A stretch of DNA of 64,000 bases from Hemiscyllium ocellatum (Eukaryota), in the NCBI RefSeq assembly GCF_020745735.1, contig NC_083442.1, positions 36,366,072-36,430,071 on the forward strand. The letters are read 5' to 3'. The notes beneath the pieces were generated by a model. It worked only from the letters and a program-made list of their open reading frames with translations, did no database searches and had not been told where the DNA came from. This document shows positions 22,902 through 36,519 of this stretch, one piece after another (within the stretch, counting starts at the first letter, position 1; every line of letters begins with the position of its first letter). Made by a program: the position numbers and the translations under genes.

Positions 22902-25900
22902 CTTTTAAATGGTTAAAAACAAAATTAGGTATAATAGAAATTTTAGCTTTCTGACACCACCCCTGCAATACAGTGAATTATATGGGAAATCAAAGGCAAG
23001 AAGATTACAAAATTCTCCACAGTGCTGCATATAAAGTCTACTGCAATAAACTGGGGGCTCCTTTTTGGGGTACTGATGTTTCAGGCAGTATCAAAAGGAG
23101 AGACTTTAATAAAGTAGATAACATGGTAAATGATCATTAAGTGATAAGATATATACAAAACTTAGAGGTACTACAAAGACGTATGATATAATTGAATTGA
23201 ACTAAGCATGAGAGAGAATGTTGGAAATACACAAGTCAAAAAGGATAGGCTAGCCATTCAGAGGCTTCTATACAATGACTCAATAATAAAATTAAACTAT
23301 CTTTTCTCTCAGATGGTGACAGAACTGCTGTGTATTTTCTTCAGGAGGGATATGGGCCGGGGTGTTGACAGGTGGGACTAGATTGGGTTGGGATATCTGG
23401 TCGTCATGGATGGGATGGACCAAAAGGTCTGTTTCCATGCTGTACATCTCTATGACTCTAAGTGCTTCTCTGAAACTGCTGTACAGAGATTTTGTGCGTG
23501 AATGGATACAAATTGAATGACATGAATTTAGAGAATGCTGAAGGAACTCAAAAGGTTTGGCAGAATCTGTGGAGTAAAACGGAGTTAACTGGAGTTAATA
23601 TTTCAAATTAGAATAACTTTTTCCTGAATTTATTTCAGATTTACAGCATCCACAGTATTTTGCTTTTACTCTAATGGAAAGAATGTTTGAAATTTCGATG
23701 TAGTACATGGAAGGAAACTGGTCTGAACATTCTGTAAAGGAAACATTTGCTGTGAATAGGAATAATGGAACTTGTGTAATTATATGCCAGAGGAAGCAAC
23801 CATTGAAAGGACATAAAACGTGGTAAAATTAACTTAATCTCTCCATTTCCCATTCAGTGAGACACACATTAAACATCACACCGCTGCCTACACCGGACAT
23901 TAATCAACCCATAACAGTGCTCACCTTCAGCAGAGTTGCCTTTCCTTCCCAGGTCAATTTTCTCAATTTTTCAGCATTCTTTTCCTTCACTTGTTTATTA
24001 CTCAGCTTCACATTCAACTTCTCCACCACTTTCTGACGTGCTTCCTTCTCCTTCAGTCGGAGACGCTTCAGTTTCTTCTTCTTCCTTCTCTCTCGTTTCT
24101 TGTCCGTTGCTGTCTTTTCTGTGGCTCCCTGGATCTCCCCAGCTCGGCCCTTCTCCTGCAATTATCAGGCCAGACAGCACAAAAATAAACCAGTGTTCTT
24201 GCAAAAACTCTTCAGCCTCCTGTCATCACACTCTCTCTCAGCCTCACTGATGCTGTGACGCTGCATCATAGCCAATCAAATGTGTTGAATCTGAACTACG
24301 AGTAGCTTTGTAGTCAGCATGATCATGATCCCGTTCTTATCCATGGTATCACCAATATAGCCAAAAGTAGAAGTCCAAGCTTGAGTTCACCTTTAAAATC
24401 ATAAGCGTAGAGGCTCACATTGCAACCCTTTTCTCACGGTTATCAATTAAAATGGATTGGGCAAAGTGGGTCTCAGTGCCATTCCAGGGAAAGCCTTAGA
24501 ACTGTTGGGCTTTATCCTATCTCCCTCTTTTACCTCTTACCTTGATTTCTTCTGGTGCTAGCAGAGTGGCATCACTAACATTCACAGGTGCCACCTCCTC
24601 CATACAAATAGAAGGCAGGTTAGAGACCACCTTCACTTCAGGCATGGGCTGGCAAAAGAAAAAAAACTTCTGTTAAAAGCTGACCCCACTGGCACAGTTT
24701 AAACATTTTGTTCTTCCTCTCCAATTGACAGCCAAGGTGATTTAGTTCAATGGTTAGTGAGAGCTGCTTATTGCATGGGTGTTCGCAGTGACTGACTTTT
24801 CCTCTGGATGTGGCAGATATTGATTTTTACACCACACAAATCCCAGTCAGAGTGCTATGGGGTGATGTAAACCTGCCCCTAGGACAAATGTGACAGGATC
24901 ACAAATAGACTGCACCTAGATAGCAAGTGTAGTCAATTACACTAATCACAAGATTTAAATATCAAAAAAAAAAGTCAGTGGTTGAATTGTAGACATTTAT
25001 CTTTTGGTGTCTGAATCCAAAACTTTCAATTCTACCCCAGCACTGAGGGAGTGTGTGCTTGTTATTTTAGTAGTTTTGTTTGAGAGTTCTCTCTCCTGAA
25101 GACCTGAAATTAGTATGCTATAGATCTCAGAAATTGCTTGCATGGTCACCCACATCCAGTGATCATTCTTACGGTGAACCTTAAATGAGGGATATCCAAC
25201 CCTGTATTCCAGCAGAGGTCAGAGCAGGTGATGGGGACTGAAGCACATTGTGGTTCACCTTTGGTTTCACCTAGTTGGAATCAGTTAAATCAACATGGTA
25301 CAGAAATGCAGCTGATCTGATTGTTCCAGCAGCCCCAGATAGTGAATATCATATATCAAACAATGCATCAGAGGAAATGACTATCCAGTGGGTGCTACTA
25401 TAGTCTGGAAGTAGACACAGGCCATATACATAGTGGTACAGTCATGCAGACCAGGCTTGACTCTAATTTTGCGTTTCTTTTACTCACCGGTTTGGGTGTG
25501 AAATGGAAGTTTGAAAGTGCATCCAGTTTAAGGAAAAGGGAATCCATCAACCTCTGGATCTCAGCATGCTGCACATTTTCCTCCACTTCAGATATTTGCT
25601 GCGATTGCAAGAGTTTAATTAAAAGTCTGTCACATATGTATTCTCAGCTAATGTAATCTCTCACACCAAAATGGTCTAGCCTGTGATCTCAGTTTACTCA
25701 CAATGTCCTCACTTGCACCGGGATGGCAGGTCCTGACGGTGCTCACTCTCACCGGGGGAGATCAATACCTAAAAAGGTGCTGACTTTTATGGAGACAGTT
25801 TCATTGGAATCATTTCTGTCTATTACACACATGAACACTTAGGTATGGTGAGACCAATCAGAAAACTCTGTTTCTTCATTCTTTCATAGGATGTGGGTAT

Positions 25901-28196
25901 CAGTTGGAATGGTTGTTGCCCATCTCTCATTGTCCTTGAACTGAGCAGGTTCCTGACTATTTTAGAAGCAGTTAAGAGTCAAACACATTGCTGTGTTTCT
26001 GGGGTCACTTGTCAGCCAGTCAGATAAGTATGACAGATTTCCTTCCCCAAATGACAGTTGGGAACCAGATGGAATTTTATAACCGCTCATGGCAGTTGTC
26101 TTGGTCACCATACCTCAAACTAATTAATGTGAATTTTACAAGTTTCCATTATGAGATCTGAACCTATGTCTCCAGGTTATCAGTTAATAATGCTTGACAT
26201 CAACACTGAGCCAGGTACTGTGTCCTGTTTCAAGTTTTCCTGTGTCTAACATAGATATTAAAAACTGAACTCCTCTTCAAATTCAATTAACCCAAAGGTT
26301 TGTGATTATCCAAGATTATTACCTGAGTTTGCTTTAAATATTCCTGCTCATAAACTTCAGCCAGGCTCAGTTTGCTTTTCTCATGGTCCAAGGTGAGTCT
26401 CTTTTTATATTCAAAGGCCTCTTCTTTTGGTCTTTCCTTACGTACAACATCATCCCAAGCCTGTAACACATGGCACATGATGCTTATCCATCAATACCTG
26501 ATTGCTGTACATTAAATAGTTGCCAATTAAGAACTTATAAAAGAAAACGGTGCAGAGAACCAAACCCAACCAATTACCCCATGGCTGTCCATCATTCAGG
26601 AACAACATTGTGGAAAATTGATTGTTTGAAGGAGACTAAATGTACCAATTCCAAACATTCATCTCATCAATCTTAGTTGAAGCAGAAAATGCTGAACATT
26701 CATATGAATTCACAAAGCAAAGTGGGACTGAACATTTGAGAGGGGAATCTCCTGTCACAGCTCCAGGTCCTGTCAATATGTGGACCATATTCCTTCCTTC
26801 ACACTCTCACTAGCCCACTGGTCCCCCTAATACTTGTTCTAGGATTTTGATATTCAGCATTGCTTCACCTTAGGTCCACAGAAGATGTTACCTAGTAAGG
26901 TAACGAAACGTCTGGAAATGAACCTACATCCAAAACCTCAACCCAAGCTACAAATCTTCTCAAAACTCGCTAAGGATTTTGATATTTCTGATTGGTGGAC
27001 AGATATTTTATCCCTGAACATACAGGCTTCTCTCTGGACTGATTTTCCACATTTGCATTTTCCTTTTTTCTTACCTCATCTTTAACTACAGCAAGGAGTG
27101 TTAAATTATTACACCAAATGTCAGCCACATAACAAAACATTCCTTTCCAACAATGGTGAGAAACATCTTCCATTATGGCACATTGTTCTGACGTTGAGTT
27201 TAAGATCATGGGCTCACCTTTGATTCTCTGACAAATGAAATAATTTAATTTGTATTGGTTTTTGCTGTCCTGTTAATAATTTTGAACAGCTCTATGAACA
27301 CCTTCTCCATCTCTCTGCTCTTGCAAATTAAGTGTCATATTTGAATTAATTACACAAACATGCCACCCACATCTCAGGGTGAGAAACGTCAATGTTTACT
27401 TGGGCAACTGCAGCATTTAAAGCATACTTCATCAGAAATTTTACATATATGTGAAACATTAATCCCACTTCAAATACTCCACTTCCATTCTTAAAATTTT
27501 ATTAATTTATTCTATTATTTACATTTTCAGTTTGTGTTTTCCACATTGTTGTACAGGTGGTTCTCCTATAATGCATGTTTATTAAAGGTGATTTATCCGT
27601 AACATGATTTGTGAATTGCCAACTTTTTTTTAAATAAAGCACTAGGTGTCACAGTGTGCGCAAGACTGAGATCTGTGTTGGTATCACGTGATCAGTTGGC
27701 TTGTGCATTTCTCAAAGAGCTTCGTGAAAGGTATTATGACATGTTTGTGCGAGTGGATTTGAAAAAGCATTGCTAAAATGTCTCTACAGTCTGAGGACAA
27801 GAAGCTGGGAGCATCCTGTTAATCTAAAAACTTAAGGAGTTGAGATTAGAGAGTTGAAATTTCACTTGAATTGACTAACCGTAAAAGGAGTGTTGAGGGA
27901 TAGCTTGAAACTTGGCTTTATTGTTTGTATGAAGAGCTTTTTAATTTTTTTTTGTTTAAAAAATATGTTTAGATGTTAAAGAATATCTGTAGACTCAAGT
28001 GAATCTTGTTTCAGTGACTAATCATTATAACCAACTGCAAAATAATACCAGTACAGGGGCTTGGACATGGTCAGACTCAGGAAATACTGCACAGTGAGCG
28101 AGTAAGCTGTGAAGAAGAGATTCAGGGTTAGTCAGGGTCAGTTGGTAGCGAGGAGGAGAGTGAGCAGGGAAGATGTTACAGGAAATAGTGGGTACA

Positions 28197-28268
<72 letters not shown>

Positions 28269-31200
28269 CAGGTATGAAAGTGAAGATGGTGGCAATTCAC
28301 TGGCCGAGTGGAGAAGATCGTTGATCTTCTTTCTACATTCTGTGCATTCCTTCAGTTGATCGAGACTGCACTGGCCTGATCCAGGTTGGCATGGTTTCAG
28401 TAGAATGGCATCCTCTGTTGGTCTGGGAGATACCTGACTCTGTATTACCCCATCCCCATCAGCAGCATCTCCATGCTCACAAAGAGAGGCATGAATTTTC
28501 CACTATCTGCCACATTTAGGCCCAATGTCAGAAACTATACAGGGCAGTTTCGGACTGACAGCTCTTGTCTGGGTGCACCACAGATGTTGGTCAATTCTGG
28601 GATATCCAGGAAGTGGTCAGTTGTTTTGGTAATGGCACATGGGATGACGGTGCTAGAATGTGAGAGAGGAGCACCAAAGGGCAAGGTAGGTAATAAATCA
28701 AGCAGGTTTTGTAAAATAAGTTGATAGACTTTGTGAAACCCTCCAAAATACTTGACAAACTGACACTTAGTGAAAGAAATTAAGATTCAGCCCATGATCT
28801 ATCAAGGCAGGTTTCATTCTGGATCTGACTTGTGCAGTGTTATTATTGGATGGGATCTGAAGATCGGTGAGAATGCAGTGCAGCCAGCAGGTATAAATGC
28901 CAAACAGTTGAAGAGTCTGATGAACTGAACTATACAGTACCATACAACAGCTCAAAATTTACTTAGATTGTGCTATTGTTTGGGTTAGGCGAACTACTAC
29001 TTTTGTTTAGATTTTTACTCATATTTTTGGTGGTTCGCTCCAATCCTGTTTCTCGCCATAACCCCATTATTTCTATTGCATGATTTTCTATAACAGTGTT
29101 GCTTGGGAATGCAACTACAGTATCATAGCAGAACTACCTGTACTGTTAATCTACTTTGCTGTTATTTTATGTTTGATTTAAATAGAACCATTTTGTATTG
29201 GTGGCACTCCAGCAGTTGAAACGTGAACAAATCATACTTGGTATGCACAAGCTGCCTGTGCAATTAGGCACCAATATTCACAGTTAAAACGTTCCAAACC
29301 ATTAGTTGCTAGTCACACCATGCTATATGGCACAAACGACTAGCTCTAACTTCACAAATGTTTGCTGACAGTACCTAGGGAAAATCGACAAGCCGGACAG
29401 AAACGTTGATCCAGGAGGTACTACAAAGACTTCCACTGACCTGGTCTTTAATCCTCTGAATAATAACATCCTCCAGTTTAAGTGTTGTCTCCTCAGTGAT
29501 AACTGGAGCTGAGAATAGATATGAAAAAGAGCGCAAACTCAATATAAAGTTAACTACAACACAGCTCAACATTTCAGGTCAACAATTCATCATCAGATTT
29601 ATGAACTTTGATGAAAGGTTGCTGACCTAAAACAGTTTTGCTTGGCATACATGCTATTTGACCTGCTGTGCATTTTCAATTTCAGATTTCCAGCATCAAC
29701 AGTAATTATTTTTCAATAACATAGTTAAGTTTTGCCCATAAAGAGACACATGAATGTAAACATGCTAACAACATAATTATGTTTGAATGAGCACCCTCCC
29801 AGTCCCCATCATTTCAAAGTTATTGTGTGGAGGTAAGGCTTACCTTTCCTAACTGCATGGTCAAACTGGAGGTCCTCCTCCAGCAGGCTGTTCTCTGGTC
29901 GTTTCTGGGCATTGACCTCTCCCAGAAGCTGCCAAGGCTTCTGCTCCAAGGCAGACATTTCCAGTTGTTGGATTTGAGCATTCAGCTATAGGAAACAAAA
30001 CAACACAATGCTGGTTACCTGCGAATTACATTATGTGTTGGTCACAGGTTGGAGATGAGTAATTCTACCTTAACATTTCACATTGACAGGACAGTAAGCA
30101 GCAATCTGTATTCTAACTGTATACCATCCTTCGGTTCCTTTAGCCACTAATCTGAACATCACGCTTCAATTACTAACTCCACAACCTCCAAACCCAGAGT
30201 AAACATGATTGTGTTATTCTCTGTCCAGATATCTTGATGGTTAATCTCAAAGGCACTTCCTTCAATCAGACATAACAGTTTGCTTGTATCTACTCTTTCC
30301 AATTTTTCCAAACTTTTAAACACCATTTCATAACTTTAAATATTTAAATCTGCAAAATACTGCGGATGCTGAAAATCTGAAATTAAAACAGAAAACATTG
30401 AAAATACTCAACAGATCAGGCAGCATCTATGGAGAGAAAAACACCTGATTTCTGAAACACTTATGTTACCCCAAAAATTTAAAATCATATCTAAATCCCT
30501 TCACATTTTATCCCCATAACTACACACAGCCCACCACCAGCACTAATACCTTTAGCCACACATGCCCCAAGCTACAGAATTTTGCTCCAAAGTTTCCCAT
30601 CTCAAACCTGGATAACCTGGGAAAGGGTTAGCTCACTCAAGGACAAAGTAAGGGATCTACGCACGGAGCCAGAAGAGGTAGGTGAGGTCCTAAACAAATA
30701 CGTTGTGTTGGTATTCACCAAAGAAAAAGAATTGATGGAGGATGATGTCAGGGAAGGGAGTGTCAAATTTCTAAGCCAAGTTGCTACTAAAAAGGAAGAG
30801 GTATTGTGCGTTCTAAAAAATATTAAAGTAGATAAATCCCCAGGTCCTGCTGAGATCAATCCCAGAATTTTGAGGAAGGCGAGAGATCAAATTGCTGGAG
30901 CACTGACAACCTTTGTGGCCACAGGTGAGGTCCCAGACGACTGGAGAAGAGCCAATTGCCCTATTAATAAATGGAATAGAGAATTGTGACTAGTTGTGTT
31001 CCACAGAGATCAGTGCTGGGACCTCTGTTGTTCGTGGACTATATAAGTAATTTGGAGGAATATGTAGCTGGTCTAATTAGTAAGTTAGTGAATGATGCAA
31101 AGAAAGGCTTGGAAGGCTGAAGGGCCTGTTCCTGTGCTGTATTGTTCTTTCTTCTCAGCTCTCTGACAAAACTATTGCTCATCTTCCTAATAACTCCTTT

Positions 31201-34200
31201 GTGGAATCAATGTCAAGATCTTGTGTTGTACACAGGGGATACTTTTCAGGGCTTTCTTTGAGCCGAAATGTTGTGCTGGATATTGTGCCCTGTATGTGTT
31301 CATTGTAATTCCAATAATCACCTTTTCTTGCCGCTTCTCAAAGGTTGACTTTGTCTCTTCTGGTTTGTTTCCTCCTGTCACACAGGCTAATTCTTTTCCA
31401 TCACTGTCATCTGGCAGGTTAAAGCGAACTTTCTGATTTGCCCCTTTGGCCTCTTGGGCACACTCCGACTCAGCCATCTCCTCCTGGTTTCTGGATCACA
31501 GAAAGGAACCCACAATAATGCAATATTAATTAATAAATACACTTCAGTTTGTAAAAAGAATATGTCTACTTTCAATGGATAGATCAATAGAGAGACAGTT
31601 GCAGGCATTTAAGGGGTTATTGCTGAATACTCAGAATATTCCTACTATTAAAAAAAATTAAGGGATGTCTCCCCATCTGTTGGTAACTAAAATGCTTAGA
31701 GAAAGCATGAAACTCAAGGAAAACAAAAATACCTGTGCAATGATAAGTGACAGGTCAGATGATTCATCAGAATATAAAGAATGGTGAGAATTTCTAGTTA
31801 TTTAAAAAGGAAAAAAAAAGTAAACTGAGTGTTGGTCCTCTACAAATTGGGAGTTAATCGTAGACAATAATGAAACGGCAGATGAAACAAACTCTGGCAA
31901 TAAGTCATCTGGAACGAAGGAAACAGATAAATTACGTTTATATTCCTATGTAATGAAGAGGATGAGAGATGGTCCTGTTGAGAGGTTTTATATTCCACCT
32001 ATGGCACACCAAACTATTGGCCAAAAAGCGCTGTTTCTGCCAGTCATTTAAACTGTCAGAGGTTGAGGTTGGAGTGGGAGTTTAGAGTCAACAATTGGAG
32101 AACTGAGCCCAGTGCGATATGGCTTTTTAGGCCTCAAAACATACTCGTCTGTTTCTTCCTCCGGCTCAAATTCTTCTGCATCTGGTTCCTCTTCTGCCTC
32201 AACACTTTCTTTCTCCTCATCGTTGTCTTTCACCATGGGATTCTCATCCTCAACTGGGTCAAAGAAATCCTTGTACTGTAGGTTTCTGGAACTCTTCAAA
32301 CAACAAAAATCAGTAAAAATTTGACTCTGGTTTCATCTTACAATATGACTGTCCATAATGTGCAACACTCAGCATAGATAGCAAGTGAGACAGGGTGGGA
32401 GAGGGAGTCAGAGTGAAGGAGACAGATGTAGGGACTGAGAGAGGGAGCCAGATGTGAGGACCTTCATGAAAGGGAAATCAGGAAGGCTATTGGAACATTG
32501 GCCCTTATTCCAAAGGAGTTGGAAAGTTTTACTGCAACTATGCAGGGTGCTGATGAGACCACATCTAAAGTATTTAGAACAATTTTGGTCTCCTTACTTA
32601 AGGAAAGGCATCATTTCATTGGAGGCAGTTCAGAGAAGGCTCAATAGGACAGTCCTTAGTACAGAGGGATTGTTGTATGAGCAAACGTTGAACAGGTTTG
32701 GACTTCTATTCTTTTAATGTCATTCTTGTGAATTCCAATCTCTTTGAGGTGTATTAGAACCTTAGTGGGTTTGACAGGGTAAACATTGCAAGGTTTCCTT
32801 TCATAAGGAATAGGAACAGGAGTAAGGATCAGTGGTGCTGGAAGAGCACAGCAGTTCAGGCAGCATCCAACGAGCAGCGAAATCAACGTTTCGGGCAAAA
32901 GCCCTTCATCAAGAATAAAGGAACAGGAGTAGACAGCTCAGACCCTTGAGCCTGCTCTACCATTCAATGGGATCATGGTTGATCTGACACTCATCATTTT
33001 CCTGCATTTTCCCCATAATCTTAAGATTCTTGGTCAGGAGTGGACTCAATCTACCTCAGTCTTAAATAATCAAAAGAACTCTGCTCCCACAGTTCTCTAT
33101 TGCGACTTCCAAAAACTCTCAACCCCCAGAAGAAATTTCTCTTTCTCCCAGTCTTAAATTGGTGCTTCATTATTCTAAGACTATGCCGTTTGGTCCTAGA
33201 CTCTCCCATAAGGGGAAATATCCTCAGCATTTACCTTGCTGTTGAGGAGCAGGGGAGGCCAGGTATGTTAAGGAGCAGAGGTCAGGGATATCATCGAGAA
33301 GGGGGGTTCAGGTAGCAAGTATCAGTGCTGTTACGGAGCAGGGGTTAGAGAGCAGAGGTCAGTGCTGTTAGGGGTGGGGCTTCTCTCTATCATGAAACAG
33401 GGTTCAAGGTCATCATTCAGTGAGGCAGAACACTGTGGTAATGTTGTTACCTTTCTTTTCATCTTTATTTTGGGGACAAGTTCTTCATCTTCAGAGGGAA
33501 TATCTTCAAAATAATGAATTTCATCATCATCTTTCTGCATCTCTTCTTCCTTCTCAAATTTCTCTAAAAAATTTTCCATTTCTGCAAGTCTAAAAAATTT
33601 ATCATCTATTTCAGAGCTGCCAGTAAATCTCGAGCTCTTTCCCTGGACTTTAGTCTTTTTCTCAACTTCATCAATATCAAAGTTAAGTTCAGAGTCTTCA
33701 TCACTAAGATTTTCAGTTTCTGAACCTTTTTCAAAGTCTTTTCTCTTTATCATCTGTTTTTTTAACTCTCCCCGTTTTCCATCATTGCCCTTTGTTGTCT
33801 CATCTTGTTTTGTAAACTCATTTTCAAACTTTTCCTTAGGATTGTCAAGCTCTACATTTTCTGTTTCAATCAGCCTGATAATAGCAGCCTGCTGCAAAAA
33901 TGCCACTGTATCTTTGAAATAGTTTAAGACTGAATTGTTCTGCAGTTCGATCTCCTGCCAGATCTGCTCTTCATCAAACTGTTCCACAATCAGCTCCTTC
34001 AGTGGACTTCCAGCAGGCAAACCTGCCTCTTGAGCTTTCTGTAAATCATATAGCTCCTTAGTGAGAAGAGTGAGGTCTGATGCCAAGCCATCCTGCACAC
34101 TAGGAGATGGAAGGGATAATGTTAAATCCACAATCTCACCCTCACAAACTGCCCTCAACACTCTCTCCGTCCCACACCCCAACCCTGCCCTCTTCATTAC

Positions 34201-34937
34201 CCCCCCATCCCCTCCTTACCCTTCTCCCTGTCCATACCCCCCTCACCTCCCCCAACCCAACACAGTCCTGACCCCACTGTCCTGTCCTTACCTTGTCTCC
34301 CCTCTCTGCCTGCACCTTACCCCTCTCTCCTGCCCTATTCCCCTCTCCATCAGATTGACATTCCTTCTCTTGCTTTCCCATTCTCTTTCATCCAGCAAGG
34401 TTCCTTTTCCAACCCTCCTGTTCACCCCTTTCCTCATTCTTCTCCCCGTCCTCCTCCTCCTCCTTCCATTCCTTGTCCTCCTTCCTGCCCCTTCCCTAGT
34501 CTCCTTTCTCCTCCCATCCACCCTCCATGTACTAGTCACACTCCTCCTTCACACACCCTCTTTACCTCACCCGTCCCTTCCTTCTTCCTGCCCCTCCTCC
34601 TACCACCCCAACTACTCGTCCCCACAGTGCCCTTGGCCCCCCTGCCACACCCTCCACCGCCATCCCCCCCCTCTTCCACATCCACCCCCGCCGCCCCTCC
34701 CTCCCACGCCGTCCCCCGCCATACTCCCCCTCCCACGCCATACTCCCCCTCCCACGCCGTCCCCCACACCCCCCGTCCCCCTCTCTCCCACGTACCCCCC
34801 CCCGCCGTCCCTCTCCCACACACTACCCCCCACCCCGTCCCTCTCCCCTCCTCCCGCGGGTGCCGGTACCTCAGGAGCCGTTCGGGCTGTTCCACCGCGC
34901 GCTCCAACCGTCGCACGCACTCCGCCAGCGCCGCCAT
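22752..34937 (-). CDS. MPHOSPH10: U3 snoRNP protein MPP10, 11 exons, 1983 nt / 660 aa: complement(join(22752..22901,23925..24155,24541..24648,25488..25598,26323..26460,29441..29508,29844..29985,31322..31490,32145..32293,33451..34099,34870..34937))
   Basis: GT-AG introns with consistent phases. Motifs [50 protein letters not shown] and [13 protein letters not shown]...KLKL* are present. Confidence 0.96.
23925..24155 (-). CDS. MPHOSPH10: MPHOSPH10 exon 10
   Basis: [10 protein letters not shown]...[12 protein letters not shown]...GKATLLK|gtgag. Confidence 0.93.
24541..24648 (-). CDS. MPHOSPH10: MPHOSPH10 exon 9
   Basis: [36 protein letters not shown]. Confidence 0.94.
25488..25598 (-). CDS. 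MPHOSPH10: MPHOSPH10 exon 8
   Basis: [37 protein letters not shown]. Confidence 0.93.
25880..26200 (-). mobile_element. SacSINE1-like (Deu-domain) SINE, decayed
   Basis: Homologous to 45417-45760. Confidence 0.65.
26323..26460 (-). CDS. MPHOSPH10: MPHOSPH10 exon 7
   Basis: [13 protein letters not shown]...[19 protein letters not shown]. Confidence 0.94.
27554..29140. mobile_element. Non-autonomous Tc1/pogo-type DNA transposon (1.6 kb)
   Basis: TA|CAGGTGGTTCTCCTATAA ... TCATAGCAGAACTACCTG|TA imperfect TIRs with TA TSD. Confidence 0.7.
28202..28266. repeat. (GA)n microsatellite
   Basis: About 32 perfect GA units. Confidence 0.98.
29441..29508 (-). CDS. MPHOSPH10: MPHOSPH10 exon 6
   Basis: [23 protein letters not shown]. 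Confidence 0.94.
29844..29985 (-). CDS. MPHOSPH10: MPHOSPH10 exon 5
   Basis: [24 protein letters not shown]...FDHAVRK. Confidence 0.94.
30620..31150 (+). mobile_element. CR1 ORF2 fragments with internal deletions
   Basis: [28 protein letters not shown]1 tail. Confidence 0.75.
31322..31490 (-). CDS. MPHOSPH10: MPHOSPH10 exon 4
   Basis: NQEEMAE...KVRFNLPDD...[10 protein letters not shown]. Confidence 0.9.
32145..32293 (-). CDS. MPHOSPH10: MPHOSPH10 exon 3
   Basis: [15 protein letters not shown]...EETD; AAG acceptor. Confidence 0.88.
33451..34099 (-). CDS. MPHOSPH10: MPHOSPH10 exon 2
   Basis: [18 protein letters not shown]...[16 protein letters not shown]...KMKRK|gt. Confidence 0.93.
34130..34860. 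repeat. Polypyrimidine, C-rich low-complexity MPHOSPH10 intron 1
   Basis: Strong C/T skew on the plus strand; repeats of CCCCTCCCACGCC. Confidence 0.85.
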
Positions 34938-35110
34938 CTTGTCCCTGAAGCCCCTCCTCCCTCCGCTCTCTGAGGCCGCTTTCGCGCCGCCTTTCAAATA
35001 CATGTATCTTTGAGTCTCGCTGCTTCAGTAATTCGGGACGCCGGACTGAGGAAGTTCAACATCAAAGTCCGAGGTATCAGGCAGAGCCCGAGGATCCCGG
35101 GGTAGGGAGA
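34850..35110. promoter_or_regulatory. MPHOSPH10 CpG-island promoter
   Basis: High CpG density; YY1-type CCGCCATCTT overlapping the start codon (34931-34940); ETS-like GGAAGT near 35050. Confidence 0.7.
34870..34937 (-). CDS. MPHOSPH10: MPHOSPH10 exon 1
   Basis: aagATGGCGGCG [22 protein letters not shown] ag|gtac. Confidence 0.88.
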
Positions 35111-35399
35111 GGTTCGAACAGACTCAGTTCCAGGGAGATAACCGTCAGATTGTCCCATTCCTATTCAATTCCCTCAATCCTCGCTAAAGGATGGAGGCAG
35201 CTCTCAGAAGGAAAGGTGAAGATAATCTCTCCCATACCGCGATACTGAAGGATCTGCCCTCAGCCTGTCTGAGAAGGTGACATCCTCAAGACTGCGGTGA
35301 GCTAACAACCTGCACCTAAACTTCCAAAAAAAACCCCACAAGAATGGCTATTAATAATAGTCAACCTTGTAAGAGTTCATTGTTGATCTTCTTCAAGAA

Positions 35400-36515
35400 T
35401 AAGAGGGTTGTTTTTCAGACTGGAGGCCTGTGACCAGTGGAGTGCCACAAGGATCGGTGCTGGGTCCACTACTTTTCATCATTTATGTAAATAATTTGGA
35501 TATGAGCATCGGGGTACAGTTAGTAAGTTTGCTGATGACACCAAAATTAGGAGCGCACTCCGAAAGCTAGTGTGCTTCCAATTAAATCTGTTGGACTATA
35601 ACCTAGTGTTGTGTGATTTTTAACTTTGGACACCAAAATTGGAGGTGTAGTGGACAGCGAAGAAGGTTACCTTGAGTCCAACAGGATCTGGACCAGATGG
35701 GCCAATGGGCTGAGAAATGGCAAATGGAACTTAATTTAGATAAATGCGAGGTGCTGCATTTTGGGAAAGCAAATCTTAGCAGGACTTATACACTTAATGG
35801 TAAGATCCTAGAGAGTGTTGCTGAACAAAGAGACCTTGGAGTGCAGGTTCATAATTCCTCGAAAATGGAGTCACAGGTGGATAGGATAGTGAAGAAGGTG
35901 TTTGGTATGCATTCTTTTATTGGTCAGAGTGTTGAGTACAGGAGTTGGGAGGTCATGTTGCAGCTGTACAGGACATTGGTTAGGCCACTGTTAGGATACT
36001 GTGTGCAATTCTGCTCTCCTTCCCATCAGAAAGATGTTGTTAAACTTGAAAGGGTTCAGAAAAGATTTACAAGAAGGTTGCCAGGGTTGGAGGATTTGAG
36101 CTATAGGGAGAGGTTGAATTGACTAGGGCTGTTTTCCCTGGAGCTTCGGATGCTGAGGTGTATAAAATCATGAGGGGCATGGATAGGATAAATAAACAAA
36201 CCCCCCTGGGGTGGGGAAGTCCAGAACTAGATGGCATAGGTTTGGGGTGAGAGGGGAAAGATATAAAAGAAACCTAAGGGGCAACTTTTTCATGCAGAGG
36301 GTGATACGTGTATGGAATAAACTGCCAGAGGAAGTGGTGGAACCTAGTACAATTGCAACATATAAAAAGCATCTGGATGGGTGTATGAATAGGAAGAGTT
36401 TGGAGAGATATGGGCCGGGTGCTGGTAGGTGGGACTAGATTGAGTTGGGATATCTGGTCAGCATCGACGAGTTGAACCGAAGGGTCTGTTTCCGTGCTGT
36501 ACATCTCTATGACCA
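35400..36515 (+). mobile_element. CR1 3' region
   Basis: [19 protein letters not shown] 35697..36122. Confidence 0.9.
35549..35628 (+). mobile_element. 80-bp Penelope pLTR insertion with 12-bp TSD inside the CR1
   Basis: GACACCAAAATT at 35537-35548 and 35629-35640. The insert matches the PLE ends at 36790-36870 and 53820-53905. Confidence 0.85.
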
Positions 36516-36519
36516 GTCT

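Noticed and set aside
24160-24232. Possible C/D box snoRNA (GTGATGA...CTGA, minus strand) in an MPHOSPH10 intron
   Set aside because: No terminal stem, the D box is within about 10 nt of the 3' splice site, and no rRNA guide is recognisable
34061-34948. 295-aa Pro/Leu-rich ORF and overlapping Gly-rich ORFs
   Set aside because: Produced by stop-poor, low-complexity C-rich intron sequence
34938-35003. Upstream in-frame ATG extending MPHOSPH10 by 22 aa
   Set aside because: The ATG at 34937 has strong Kozak/YY1 context and fits the orthologous N-terminus; the extension cannot be excluded without TSS data
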